Part shown: positions 55,856 to 64,000 of the stretch, piece after piece
Position numbering within the stretch: position 1 is the first letter of the stretch
Layout of the letters: every line of letters begins with the position of its first letter
Source: Terriglobales bacterium
Lineage (GTDB): Bacteria; Acidobacteriota; Terriglobia; Terriglobales; Acidobacteriaceae
Length of the DNA: 64,000 nt
Direction: 5' to 3'
Assembly: GCA_035691485.1 (NCBI GenBank)
Contig: DASSIZ010000043.1
Span: forward strand, 4,236-68,235
Translations under genes and position numbers: made by a program
The notes under the pieces: generated by a model
The model's input: only the letters and a program-made list of their open reading frames with translations
The model's database searches: none
What the model was told of the DNA's origin: nothing

Positions 55856-57958
55856 ATGATCTCCGGTAAGCCTGTCGTTGCCGTATTTTTGCTTGCCTCT
55901 ATGGCCTCGGTTGCGCAAACGGCTCCCGCGGCCAAGCCCGCATCGCCGCCGGCGCAACTTTCTCCGCAAACCGCGCCCAGGCAGGGCAAGAAACCCGACC
56001 ATGCTGCTGCGTACTATCACTACGCCATGGCGCACATGTACGAGGAACTGGTCGCCATGTACGGCCGTCCCGAGTACGCCAACAAGGCCATCGACGAGTA
56101 TCGGCTTGCCATCGAGAACGACCCGGCTTCCGAGTACCTGAATTCCGGCCTCGCCGAGCTTTACGCCAAGACCGGCCGCATTCGTGACGCCGTGGTTGAG
56201 GCCCAGGAAATCGTGAAGCGCGATCCCAATAACCTGGAAGCGCGCAAGCTTCTTGGCCGCATTTATCTTCGTTCCTTGCCTGATTCTCAGGTCGGCGCGC
56301 AATCCCAGGAAATCCTGAAACGCGCCATCGAGCAGTACGAAGCCATCTGCCGCCTGGAGCCGAAAAATGTCGAGGACCACGTCCTGCTCGGGCGCCTCTA
56401 CCGTCTGAACAACGAACTGATAAAGGCGGAAAACGAGTTCAAGACCGCGGTCTCGCTCGACCCCGGCTCGGAAGAGGCCCTCACCACCCTCGCCTACCTG
56501 TACAACGAAGAGGGCGACTCGGCGCGCGCCGCCCAAGTGCTGAAGGGCGTCCCGGATTCGCAGCGCTCCAGCAAGCTTTACTCCGCGCTCGGTTATACCT
56601 ACGAGCAGCAGAAGGACTACAAGAACGCGATCGCCGCCTACAAGAAAGCGGTGGACAGCGATCACGACAATCTCGACGCGATCCGTGGCCTGGCGCAGAA
56701 CCTGATGAACGACAACCAGACGGAGGCCGCGCTTGAGCAGTACCAGACCATCGTCGAATCCGATCCGCACGATGTGCAGAGCCTGATGCGCATCGCAGAA
56801 ATTCAGCGCCGCAGCGGCAAGTTCGACGACGCGCTGGCCACCTTGAAAAAAGCCGAAGCCGAGGTCCAGGATTCGCTCGAAGTCCCGTACAACATGGCCG
56901 TCATTTACCAGGCGCAGGGCAAGTTTGACGACGCCATCCAGATCCTCAATAACCTGCTGCAAAAAAGCGAGAAAGCGGACGGCAACTACACTCCCGGCGA
57001 ACGCAACAACCGCGCCGTGTTCCTGGAGCGGCTGGGCACGATCTATCGTGACACCGGCAAGACCCAGCTTGCGGCCGCCACTTTCCGCAAAATGTTGACC
57101 CTCGGCGACGACAACGTCAGCCGCGGCTATCAGCAGCTCATTGATACTTACCGCGAGGCCAAGCAGTGGAAGGAAGCCACCGCCGTCTCTCAGGAAGCCG
57201 TCGCCAAGGTGCCCAAGGACCGCAACCTGAAGATGGTGCTCGCCGGGCAATTGGCCGACACCGGGCAGGCGGACCAGGGTCTCAGCCTGATGAAGGGCAT
57301 GCTGAAGGGCACCGCGGAGGACCGCGAGGTCTACATCTCGCTGGCCCAGATGTACGGCCGCTTGAAACGCTGGCCGGAAGCGGAAGAGGCGCTGAGCAAG
57401 GCGGCGCAGCTCTCCAAGAAACAGGAAGAGAAGGACTACGTCAGCTTCGTCGCCGGCTCCATCTACGAGCGCCAGAAAAAGTATGACCGCGCGGAAGAGG
57501 AATTCAAGAAGGTCTTGGCTGGCGATCCTAACAACGCCGTTACCCTGAATTATCTCGGCTACATGCTTGCGGACCGCGGCGTCCGCCTGGAAGAAGCGCT
57601 GACCTACGTGAAGAAGGCCATTCAACTGGATCCGCAGAACGGTGCCTACCTGGACTCGCTCGGCTGGGCTTATTTCAAGCTCGGCAATTTTGACCTGGCG
57701 GAAGAAAACCTGCGCAAGGCAATGGATCGCACCCAGAACGATCCTACCGTGCTCGACCACATGGGAGACCTTCTGCAAAGGACGGAACGCCTGAAGCTCG
57801 CGACGGCCTACTGGGAGCGTGCGCTCACCGAGTGGGCCAAAAGCGTGCCCTCCGACGTAGATAACACCGAGGTCGCCAAGGTGCAGAAGAAGCTCGATAG
57901 CGCCAAGGTGAAGCTTGCCAAGCAGAACGAGCGCAAAGCTGAGGCGGTGAAGCCGTAG
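55856..57958 (+). CDS. Secreted TPR-repeat protein (700 aa)
   Basis: Signal MISGKPVVAVFLLASMASVAQ. Many TPR units (e.g. LGRLYRLNNELIKAENEFKTAVSLDP). AAGGA SD. Confidence 0.85.
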   Translation: MISGKPVVAVFLLASMASVAQTAPAAKPASPPAQLSPQTAPRQGKKPDHAAAYYHYAMAHMYEELVAMYGRPEYANKAIDEYRLAIENDPASEYLNSGLAELYAKTGRIRDAVVEAQEIVKRDPNNLEARKLLGRIYLRSLPDSQVGAQSQEILKRAIEQYEAICRLEPKNVEDHVLLGRLYRLNNELIKAENEFKTAVSLDPGSEEALTTLAYLYNEEGDSARAAQVLKGVPDSQRSSKLYSALGYTYEQQKDYKNAIAAYKKAVDSDHDNLDAIRGLAQNLMNDNQTEAALEQYQTIVESDPHDVQSLMRIAEIQRRSGKFDDALATLKKAEAEVQDSLEVPYNMAVIYQAQGKFDDAIQILNNLLQKSEKADGNYTPGERNNRAVFLERLGTIYRDTGKTQLAAATFRKMLTLGDDNVSRGYQQLIDTYREAKQWKEATAVSQEAVAKVPKDRNLKMVLAGQLADTGQADQGLSLMKGMLKGTAEDREVYISLAQMYGRLKRWPEAEEALSKAAQLSKKQEEKDYVSFVAGSIYERQKKYDRAEEEFKKVLAGDPNNAVTLNYLGYMLADRGVRLEEALTYVKKAIQLDPQNGAYLDSLGWAYFKLGNFDLAEENLRKAMDRTQNDPTVLDHMGDLLQRTERLKLATAYWERALTEWAKSVPSDVDNTEVAKVQKKLDSAKVKLAKQNERKAEAVKP

Positions 57959-58031
57959 TTTCCGTTTCAGTTCTTAAAAGTTAAAATGTGATCTCTAGCC
58001 AGGCCGCCCTCGGCCGGGTTTGCTTTGCGCG

Positions 58032-58346
58032 TTACAAATGAACAACGGCGACTACAGTGCCGCACGTTGTTCCCGGCGTAAAACTCACACGCACGTTCTG
58101 GTTCACAAAGAAGGCGCCACCCTGGTTGCCGCAGAACGTGATTGTCTGTGGCAATCCCGACCCGACGATGGTGACGGCGGTGACATCGATCATCGTGCCG
58201 TTGCCGTCGGACGTGGCCGTAAAGTGAACCACTGTAACCAGCCCGCTGACGGTCACGGCATTAGCGGGAAGCAGTGTTCCTTGGAAGGTAACGCCGCCGC
58301 AGCCGGTCAGCAGCGTGGCGAACAGGAGCGCCAGGACCCGCTTCAT
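58032..58346 (-). CDS. Small lipoprotein (104 aa)
   Basis: MKRVLALLFATLLTGC lipobox. GGAG SD 8 nt upstream. Overlaps only the spurious 5' extension of the dgt ORF. Confidence 0.6.
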   Translation of the reverse strand: MKRVLALLFATLLTGCGGVTFQGTLLPANAVTVSGLVTVVHFTATSDGNGTMIDVTAVTIVGSGLPQTITFCGNQGGAFFVNQNVRVSFTPGTTCGTVVAVVHL

Positions 58347-58427
58347 ACAACAACTCCAAAATCATTCTACTGCTCTGGCCGGTGGAAACCGCTTGAAACT
58401 GGAAATCGGAAACCGGACACTAGCTTC

Positions 58428-59540
58428 ATGCTCGCTCCTTACGCCGCGCGCGTCGAACGGAGCCGCGGGCGGCGTCATCCCGAGGCGCCTCATCCCTATC
58501 GCACCGACTATCAGCGCGACCGCGACCGCGTCATCCATGCGCGCGCCTTCCGCCGCTTGGAGGACAAGACCCAGGTCTTCACACGCCGTTATTCCGATCA
58601 CTTCCGCAACCGCCTGACTCACACCATCGAGGTCGCGCAGATCTCGCGCACCATCGCCGCGCAGCTCGGGCTTGAGGTGGACCTGGTAGAGGCGCTCGCG
58701 CTCGTTCACGACATCGGCCATCCCCCCTTCGGCCATGCTGGCGAGAAGGCGCTTGACGCCGCCATGCGCGCTCGCGGCTCCTTCTTCGACCACAACCTGC
58801 ACGCACTGCGCATCGTCGAGGATTTCGAGCAGCGCTACGCCGCCTTTCGCGGCCTGAACCTCACCTTCGAGGTCCGTGAGGGCATCATCAAGCATTCGCG
58901 CGACTACAGCCCGCAGGATTATCCGCAACTCGCCGAATACCTCTTGGACCGGCTCCCTCCGCTGGAGGCGCAGCTCATCGACCTGACCGATGAAATCGCC
59001 TACAACACCGCCGATCTCGACGATGGCTTCGAGGCGCACATCCTCAAGCTCGACGAGATCCGCGGCGGCATTCCGGTGTTTAATAGTTTCTACGAGCAGG
59101 CGGAGGCGCGCTATCCCGACGCTCGCGAAAAGCTGAAATTCAACGAGGCGCTGAAGGCCATGCTCGACCGCATGGTCTCCGACCTGATCTTGACCACATC
59201 CCGGCGCATCCGCGATGCCGGCGTGAGTTCGCCCGAGGACGTGCGCGGCTGCTCGCGGCGCCTCGCCTCCTTCAGCGACCAGGTCAACCGCGAGCGGGAG
59301 CGCGCTAAATCATTTCTTTATGACAAGGTTTACTTCAGCGACGAGTTACGCCCCGAAAAGGGCCATGCCGAGCGCGTCGTGAGCGATCTCTTCCGGCATT
59401 GGACGGCGCATCCCGAGGCGCTGCCGGCCAGTTATCGCGAACAGTCCGAGCGCGAACCCGTGCATCGCGTGGTTTGTGACTACATCGCCGGCATGACCGA
59501 CAGCTTCATCCTGCAAAAACACGCTGAACTTTGCGGTTGA
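58428..59540 (+). CDS. dgt: dGTP triphosphohydrolase-like HD-domain protein
   Basis: First ATG giving MLAPYAARVE...DRDRVIHARAFRRLEDKTQVF. HD motif VHDIGHPPFGH. The upstream part of ORF 58020.. is antisense to the lipoprotein gene. Confidence 0.88.
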   Translation: MLAPYAARVERSRGRRHPEAPHPYRTDYQRDRDRVIHARAFRRLEDKTQVFTRRYSDHFRNRLTHTIEVAQISRTIAAQLGLEVDLVEALALVHDIGHPPFGHAGEKALDAAMRARGSFFDHNLHALRIVEDFEQRYAAFRGLNLTFEVREGIIKHSRDYSPQDYPQLAEYLLDRLPPLEAQLIDLTDEIAYNTADLDDGFEAHILKLDEIRGGIPVFNSFYEQAEARYPDAREKLKFNEALKAMLDRMVSDLILTTSRRIRDAGVSSPEDVRGCSRRLASFSDQVNRERERAKSFLYDKVYFSDELRPEKGHAERVVSDLFRHWTAHPEALPASYREQSEREPVHRVVCDYIAGMTDSFILQKHAELCG

Positions 59541-59655
59541 TTCGCGTCTGTGGCACCGGTCTCCCACCTGTATTAGTGCCTCCACGGGCTCGGCGGCGGC
59601 GGACGCCCTCGGGCGCCGCTGTGCTTCGCCCGCGTCTTCGATACAATTGTGCCGA

Positions 59656-60336
59656 ATGAAAATCGCCTTGTTCCTTCTTCTCGCACTTTCTATGCGCGCC
59701 GCCGACTCCCCCATCCCCATCTCGCAGGAGCCCCACCATCATCTCCTGCTGGAGAACGAATACACTCGCGTCTACGACGTCAGCCTGCCGCCGCACCAGT
59801 CCACGCTTCTGCACCGGCACGACAACGACTATCTTGCCGTCATCCTTCAACCTGCCCAAATCCAGAACGAGGTAGTCGGGCGGCCCGTCAATACGGGTCA
59901 CGCCGGCAAGGGCGAGGTCCGCTTCGCGCTGGCGCCATTAACCCATCGCCTCATCGATACCGGCGACACTCTGTTTCGCAACATCACCATTGAAGTCCTC
60001 AAGAAGAAGCAGCCGCAGGCGAAAGAGCAGCAGCCTGAGCGCGGTCTCGATGTCGGCCACGGCGGCATGGCCGATATTGTTGTGGACAACAGCGAACTGC
60101 GCGTCCAGGAAGTGCAGATCGCCGCCGGCGGCATGCTGCACAAGCACAAGCACAAGTTTCCGTTCCTGGTGGTCGCGCTCAGCGATCTCGACCTGCACAA
60201 CATGCCGCAGGGCAAGCCGCCGACCATGGTCCACCAGAAGGCCGGCGAAGTGAAATGGATCGGCGCCGGTTCGACGCACGAGATGATGAACATGGGCCAG
60301 CAGCAAGCCCACTTCATCGAGGTGGAATTTAAGTAA
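59656..60336 (+). CDS. Secreted bicupin-like protein
   Basis: MKIALFLLLALSMRAADSP signal. Two His-rich cupin-like halves (LLHRHDNDY, MLHKHKHKF). Confidence 0.7.
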   Translation: MKIALFLLLALSMRAADSPIPISQEPHHHLLLENEYTRVYDVSLPPHQSTLLHRHDNDYLAVILQPAQIQNEVVGRPVNTGHAGKGEVRFALAPLTHRLIDTGDTLFRNITIEVLKKKQPQAKEQQPERGLDVGHGGMADIVVDNSELRVQEVQIAAGGMLHKHKHKFPFLVVALSDLDLHNMPQGKPPTMVHQKAGEVKWIGAGSTHEMMNMGQQQAHFIEVEFK

Positions 60337-60372
60337 GACAGGGAGTTCCCAACGCAAATCGCAGAAACCAAC

Positions 60373-60402
60373 AAAATGCCCGGAAACTTCTCCGGGCATT
60401 TT
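60373..60402. terminator. Bidirectional rho-independent terminator
   Basis: aaaatgcccgga / tccgggcatttt 12-bp perfect stem with a 6-nt loop, A/T runs on both sides. Sits between the convergent cupin and acnA genes. Confidence 0.75.
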
Positions 60403-60403
60403 G

Positions 60404-60431
60404 CTAACTCCTAACTACTAACCACTAACTC
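60404..60431. repeat. 7-bp tandem array ctaactc/ctaacta/ctaacca/ctaactc
   Basis: Read directly. Lies between the acnA stop and its terminator. Shares the 16-mer ctaactactaaccact (15/16) with 34799-34814. Confidence 0.6.
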
Positions 60432-60439
60432 CTGCTTTT

Positions 60440-63286
60440 TTACGTCACCACGCTTCCGGTTTTGTGGTCGGCCACCGTGCTGAGCCCCGCGCTGACTACT
60501 TCTGCCTTTTCTTTTCCCGCCAGCAACTGCCGCAGCACATATTGCAGGATGCCGCCGTGCTTGTAGTAGAGAGCTTCCTGCGGCGTGTCGATGCGCAGGC
60601 TGGCTTTGAACTCGCACACGCTGCCGTTGGCGTGCCGGGCGCGCACCGTCACTTTCTGCCCCGACTTGTAGTTATCCAGCAGTTCGCGCAAACCGACGAT
60701 TTCGTACGTTTCTTCTCCGGTCAGCCCCAGCGTTTCGTGATCGTCGCCGGAGTGGAACTGCAGCGGCAACACGCCCATGCCGACCAGGTTGGAGCGGTGG
60801 ATGCGCTCGAAGCTCTCCGCGATCACTGCGCGTACGCCCAGCAGCATCGGACCCTTCGCCGCCCAGTCGCGCGACGAGCCCGAGCCGTATTCCTTGCCGG
60901 CGATGATGATCAGCGGAACTTTCTCCTCCGCGTATTTCATCGCCGCGTCAAAGATGGTCATCTCTTCGCACTGGGGCAGGTGGCGTGTGAAGCCGCCTTC
61001 GCGGTTGGGCACCATCTTGTTGCGCAGACGTATGTTCGCGAAGGTGCCGCGCACCATCACCTCGTGGTTGCCGCGCCGCGAGCCGTAGGAGTTGAAGTCC
61101 TTCACATCCACTCCGTGCTCGATCAGGTACTTGCCCGCCGGGCTGTCGGGCTTGATCGATCCCGCGGGAGAGATGTGATCGGTGGTGACGCTGTGCCCCA
61201 GAACCGCCAGCACCCGCGCGCCGGTAATGTCTTTGACCTCCGCCGGCTGCAGTCCCATGCCCTCAAAATACGGCGGATCCTTGATGTAAGTCGACTTCGC
61301 ATCCCAGGCGAACGTCTCGCCGGCGGGCACGTCGAGCGACCGCCAGCGCTCATCGCCCTCATATACTTGGCGATACGTTGCGCGGAACATTTCGCCGCGT
61401 ATTCCCGCGACCGCGTCGGCCACTTCTTTGGTCGTGGGCCAGATGTCGCGCAGAAAGACCGGCTTGCCCTGCTGATCGCGTCCCAGCGGTTCCTTTTCCA
61501 GGTCAATGTCGATGCGTCCGGCGAGCGCGTACGCCACCACCAGCGGCGGCGACATCAGGTAGTTGGCGCGGACCTCGGAATTGATCCGGCCTTCGAAGTT
61601 GCGGTTGCCGCTCAGCACCGATACCACCACCAGGTCCCGCGAATTGATGACGTCGGAGACCTCCGCCGGCAGCGGCCCCGAGTTGCCGATGCACGTGGTG
61701 CAGCCGTAACCGACCAGGTTGAAGCGCAGCTTTTCCAGATACGGCGTCAGACCGGCTTGCTTGTAGTACTCGGTCACGACTTTTGATCCCGGAGCAAGTG
61801 AGGTCTTGACCCAGGGCTTTGTCGAAAGCCCTCGCTCGATGGCTTTCTTGGCGAGAATTCCCGCCGCCAGCATGACGGAGGGATTCGACGTGTTGGTGCA
61901 GCTCGTAATCGCCGCGATGACCACGCTGCCATGACGCAGTTCCTTGCGCAGGTCGGCCATCATCGGCTTGTCCGCCGAGGGCGATTCCTCGTCTTCCATG
62001 CCGACCGCGGTGCTTCCGCCTTCGCCTTCGAAGCGTCCGACCTGCTTGTCGGCTTTGTCCGCGATCTTGCTGCCCGGACGCAACAACGTCGGCAGCGTCT
62101 GCCGGAATCCTTCCGGCACCTTGTACAGGGTGACGCGGTCCTGCGGACGCTTCGGGCCGGCGACGCTCGGCTCCACCGTCCCGAGGTCGAGTTGCAGGTT
62201 GGTGGAATAGGTTGCGTGTGGCGTATTGGGCGTGTGGAACAGCCCTTGCTCCTTGCAGTAGGCCTCGACGAGCGCAATCTGCTCCTCGCTGCGGCCGGAG
62301 AGCCGCAGGTAATTCAAGGTTTCGCTGTCGATGGGGAAGATGCCGCACGTGGCGCCGTACTCCGGCGACATGTTGCCGATGGTCGCGCGATCGGCCAGCG
62401 CCAGCGTGTGCAGCCCGGGACCGTAGAATTCCACGAACTTGCCGACCACCCCTTCCCGTCTCAGCATCTCCGTGATCGTGAGCACCAGGTCGGTGGCGGT
62501 GGAACCTTCTCTCAGTTTGCCGGTAAGCTTTACGCCTACCACTTGCGGAATCAGCATGGATACTGGCTGGTTCAGCATGGCGGCTTCAGCTTCGATTCCT
62601 CCCACGCCCCAACCCAGCACGCCGAGGCCGTTGATCATCGTGGTGTGCGAGTCGGTTCCAACCACCGTGTCCGGATAGGCGAGCGGCCGATTGCCGTTGT
62701 TCGACTTGCCGACGAACACCACGCGCGCCAGGTATTCAAGGTTGACCTGGTGGACGATGCCGGTGTCCGGGGGAACAATCTTGAGATTCTGGAACGCGCC
62801 CTGTCCCCAACGCAGAAATGCGTAGCGCTCCTTGTTGCGCTGGAATTCCAGGTCGGCGTTCACTTGGAATGCCCATTGCGTGCCGAATTCGTCCACCTGC
62901 ACCGAATGGTCGATGACCAGTTCCGCCGGCGAGATCGGATTGATGCTGGCGGGAGCTCCGCCCAGCTTTTCCATCGCTTCGCGCATGGCGGCCAGGTCCA
63001 CCACCGCCGGAACACCGGTAAAGTCCTGCAGCAGCACCCGGCTGGGAGTGAAGGAGATTTCCTTCGTCGGCGCCGCTTTTGCATCCCAGGCCGCCAGGGA
63101 ACGGATGTCGTCCGCCTTGACCGATTTTCCATCCTCGGTGCGCAGCAGGTTTTCCAGCAGGATGCGAAGCGAGTAGGGAAGGTGCGTGGTCGAGATGCCC
63201 TGCTTGTCGAGGGCTCCGATGCCGAAAATATCGTATTCCTTGTTGCCGACGCGCAACGTAGATCGACTGCCAAAGCTGTTCTTCAT
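60440..63286 (-). CDS. acnA: Aconitate hydratase A
   Basis: ATG at 63284-63286 ([11 protein letters not shown]). [30 protein letters not shown] Fe-S ligand motifs. Confidence 0.95.
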   Translation of the reverse strand: MKNSFGSRSTLRVGNKEYDIFGIGALDKQGISTTHLPYSLRILLENLLRTEDGKSVKADDIRSLAAWDAKAAPTKEISFTPSRVLLQDFTGVPAVVDLAAMREAMEKLGGAPASINPISPAELVIDHSVQVDEFGTQWAFQVNADLEFQRNKERYAFLRWGQGAFQNLKIVPPDTGIVHQVNLEYLARVVFVGKSNNGNRPLAYPDTVVGTDSHTTMINGLGVLGWGVGGIEAEAAMLNQPVSMLIPQVVGVKLTGKLREGSTATDLVLTITEMLRREGVVGKFVEFYGPGLHTLALADRATIGNMSPEYGATCGIFPIDSETLNYLRLSGRSEEQIALVEAYCKEQGLFHTPNTPHATYSTNLQLDLGTVEPSVAGPKRPQDRVTLYKVPEGFRQTLPTLLRPGSKIADKADKQVGRFEGEGGSTAVGMEDEESPSADKPMMADLRKELRHGSVVIAAITSCTNTSNPSVMLAAGILAKKAIERGLSTKPWVKTSLAPGSKVVTEYYKQAGLTPYLEKLRFNLVGYGCTTCIGNSGPLPAEVSDVINSRDLVVVSVLSGNRNFEGRINSEVRANYLMSPPLVVAYALAGRIDIDLEKEPLGRDQQGKPVFLRDIWPTTKEVADAVAGIRGEMFRATYRQVYEGDERWRSLDVPAGETFAWDAKSTYIKDPPYFEGMGLQPAEVKDITGARVLAVLGHSVTTDHISPAGSIKPDSPAGKYLIEHGVDVKDFNSYGSRRGNHEVMVRGTFANIRLRNKMVPNREGGFTRHLPQCEEMTIFDAAMKYAEEKVPLIIIAGKEYGSGSSRDWAAKGPMLLGVRAVIAESFERIHRSNLVGMGVLPLQFHSGDDHETLGLTGEETYEIVGLRELLDNYKSGQKVTVRARHANGSVCEFKASLRIDTPQEALYYKHGGILQYVLRQLLAGKEKAEVVSAGLSTVADHKTGSVVT

Positions 63287-63450
63287 GATTTTGTCCAGTC
63301 TGTTATGAGCGTGGCCGTCCTCGGCCAACTTCCGCGGGCCGATGCCAACCCACCAGTTTAAAACAAATGGGAGTTCCCGGAACCAGATTCCAACCTGGGA
63401 GCGTCACGTCAGGATGTGACACAAGGGCGGGTGCGCGCCCGGGACCTGCA

Positions 63451-64000
63451 TTATTTCCGGTGGTGCCGCTGGCTGCGGGAAGGACGTTCTTCGACCACGG
63501 CGAACTGAAGCTTGCGCTGCACGCTGTCGATTCGGTCCAGGATGACCCGCACCGGATCGCCCAGCGAGTATTTCTTCCGCGTGCGCTGTCCGACGATTTG
63601 TTTCGTCCCGTCGTTATATGCGTAATGATCGTCGCTGAGGCTGGAGAGCGGTACCAGCCCCTCAATGAACATCTCATGCAGCTCGACGAAGAACCCGAAC
63701 TTGGTGACGCTGATGATCAGGGCGTCGAACTCCTCGCCGACGCGGTCGCGCATGAACTTGATTTTTTTCCATTCCATGAGCTCGCGTTCGGCATCGTCGG
63801 CGCGGCGCTCGGATTCGGAGGATTCTTCGGCAATCTGGTGCAGGACTTCGGCAGGGATAGGTCCGTCATGAGGGGCGCCGGGCTCGGACCCCTGCCGCGC
63901 GGGCTCGCCGTGGCGCGCGCGCTTCGGTGAACCCTTGCTCCAGGGCAAAGCCGCGTGCGCCGCACCTTCTTTCGCGCTCGCGGGCGGACGCGCAGCTTTT
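63451..64000 (-). CDS. rnr: Ribonuclease R, C-terminal part (gene continues beyond the window end)
   Basis: Frame is open to nt 64000. SESERRADDAEREL...FMRDRVGEEFDALIISVTKFGFFVEL...EGLVPLSSL S1 domain, collinear with E. coli RNase R. Basic tail. Confidence 0.85.
   Translation of the reverse strand, partial: KAARPPASAKEGAAHAALPWSKGSPKRARHGEPARQGSEPGAPHDGPIPAEVLHQIAEESSESERRADDAERELMEWKKIKFMRDRVGEEFDALIISVTKFGFFVELHEMFIEGLVPLSSLSDDHYAYNDGTKQIVGQRTRKKYSLGDPVRVILDRIDSVQRKLQFAVVEERPSRSQRHHRK

Noticed and set aside
55853-57778. 641-aa minus-strand ORF opposite the 700-aa TPR gene
   Set aside because: The plus strand has a signal peptide, an SD and regular TPR units. The antisense translation is low-complexity (Leu/Val/Gly/Arg-rich) without motifs.
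58020-58427. 5' extension of the dgt-like ORF (506 aa version)
   Set aside because: The extension is antisense to a lipoprotein gene that has a lipobox and an SD. Homology to dGTPase-like proteins begins only after the ATG at 58428.
63305-63325. tggccg-agga-cggcca hairpin in the acnA 5' UTR as a possible IRE-like aconitase autoregulatory element
   Set aside because: The loop and bulge do not resemble an iron-responsive element (no CAGUG loop, no C bulge). It is just a short GC hairpin.
60464-63361. Plus-strand ORFs 60464-61786 and 61931-63361 opposite acnA
   Set aside because: The minus strand encodes full-length aconitase with Fe-S ligand motifs. The plus-strand ORFs are Arg/Gly/Val-rich shadows.
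1-64000. Search by eye for tRNA, rRNA, transposase, integrase, toxin-antitoxin pairs or known defence-system genes
   Set aside because: None was recognised. Absence is based on manual reading only and should be confirmed with tRNAscan-SE, Infernal, ISfinder and DefenseFinder/PADLOC.

Overview
This is a high-GC (about 60% by eye) bacterial chromosomal segment with about 55 protein genes. The protein families loosely suggest an Acidobacteriota/Terriglobia-like organism, but that is a low-confidence guess. By manual reading I saw no rRNA, tRNA, CRISPR array, transposase, integrase or phage genes. Most long ORFs on the opposite strand of clear genes are GC-driven shadow ORFs.

Housekeeping genes: galE, ppa, panE, cstA, acpS, gltA, purH, a dgt-like HD hydrolase, acnA and the 3' part of rnr.

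Accessory content:
- Secreted envelope enzymes at 2235-6842.
- A divergent two-operon envelope-glycan locus at 6978-18081. One operon has a GT2 polyprenyl-phosphate sugar synthase, a GT-C-like membrane protein and three exported proteins. It faces a 1404-aa TPR/beta-barrel porin plus a GT4. No synthase, flippase or polymerase is present. This is my best candidate for an undescribed system, but the call is inferential.
- A PilZ-PP2C phosphatase fusion.
- A co-directional membrane-homeostasis cluster at 23958-28867: two tandem acyl-lipid desaturase paralogs, a loop-less intramembrane histidine kinase, an OmpR-type regulator, DoxX and a BON protein.
- Three RND pumps in a row with no outer-membrane factor (35083-47068).
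- A fused membrane/spermidine-synthase-like protein.
- An MmcB-like nuclease.

At the DNA level there are two families of short dispersed intergenic tandem repeats. One is an AATTCCGC-like octamer array at three loci. The other is a CTAACNN/TAGTGGC heptamer array at two loci that share a 16-mer.

Three plausible small ORFs fall below the ORF-track cutoff: a Trm112-like protein, a 53-aa basic protein and a 49-aa single-TM peptide.

All functional calls come from motif recognition by eye and need HMM, BLAST or structure confirmation.
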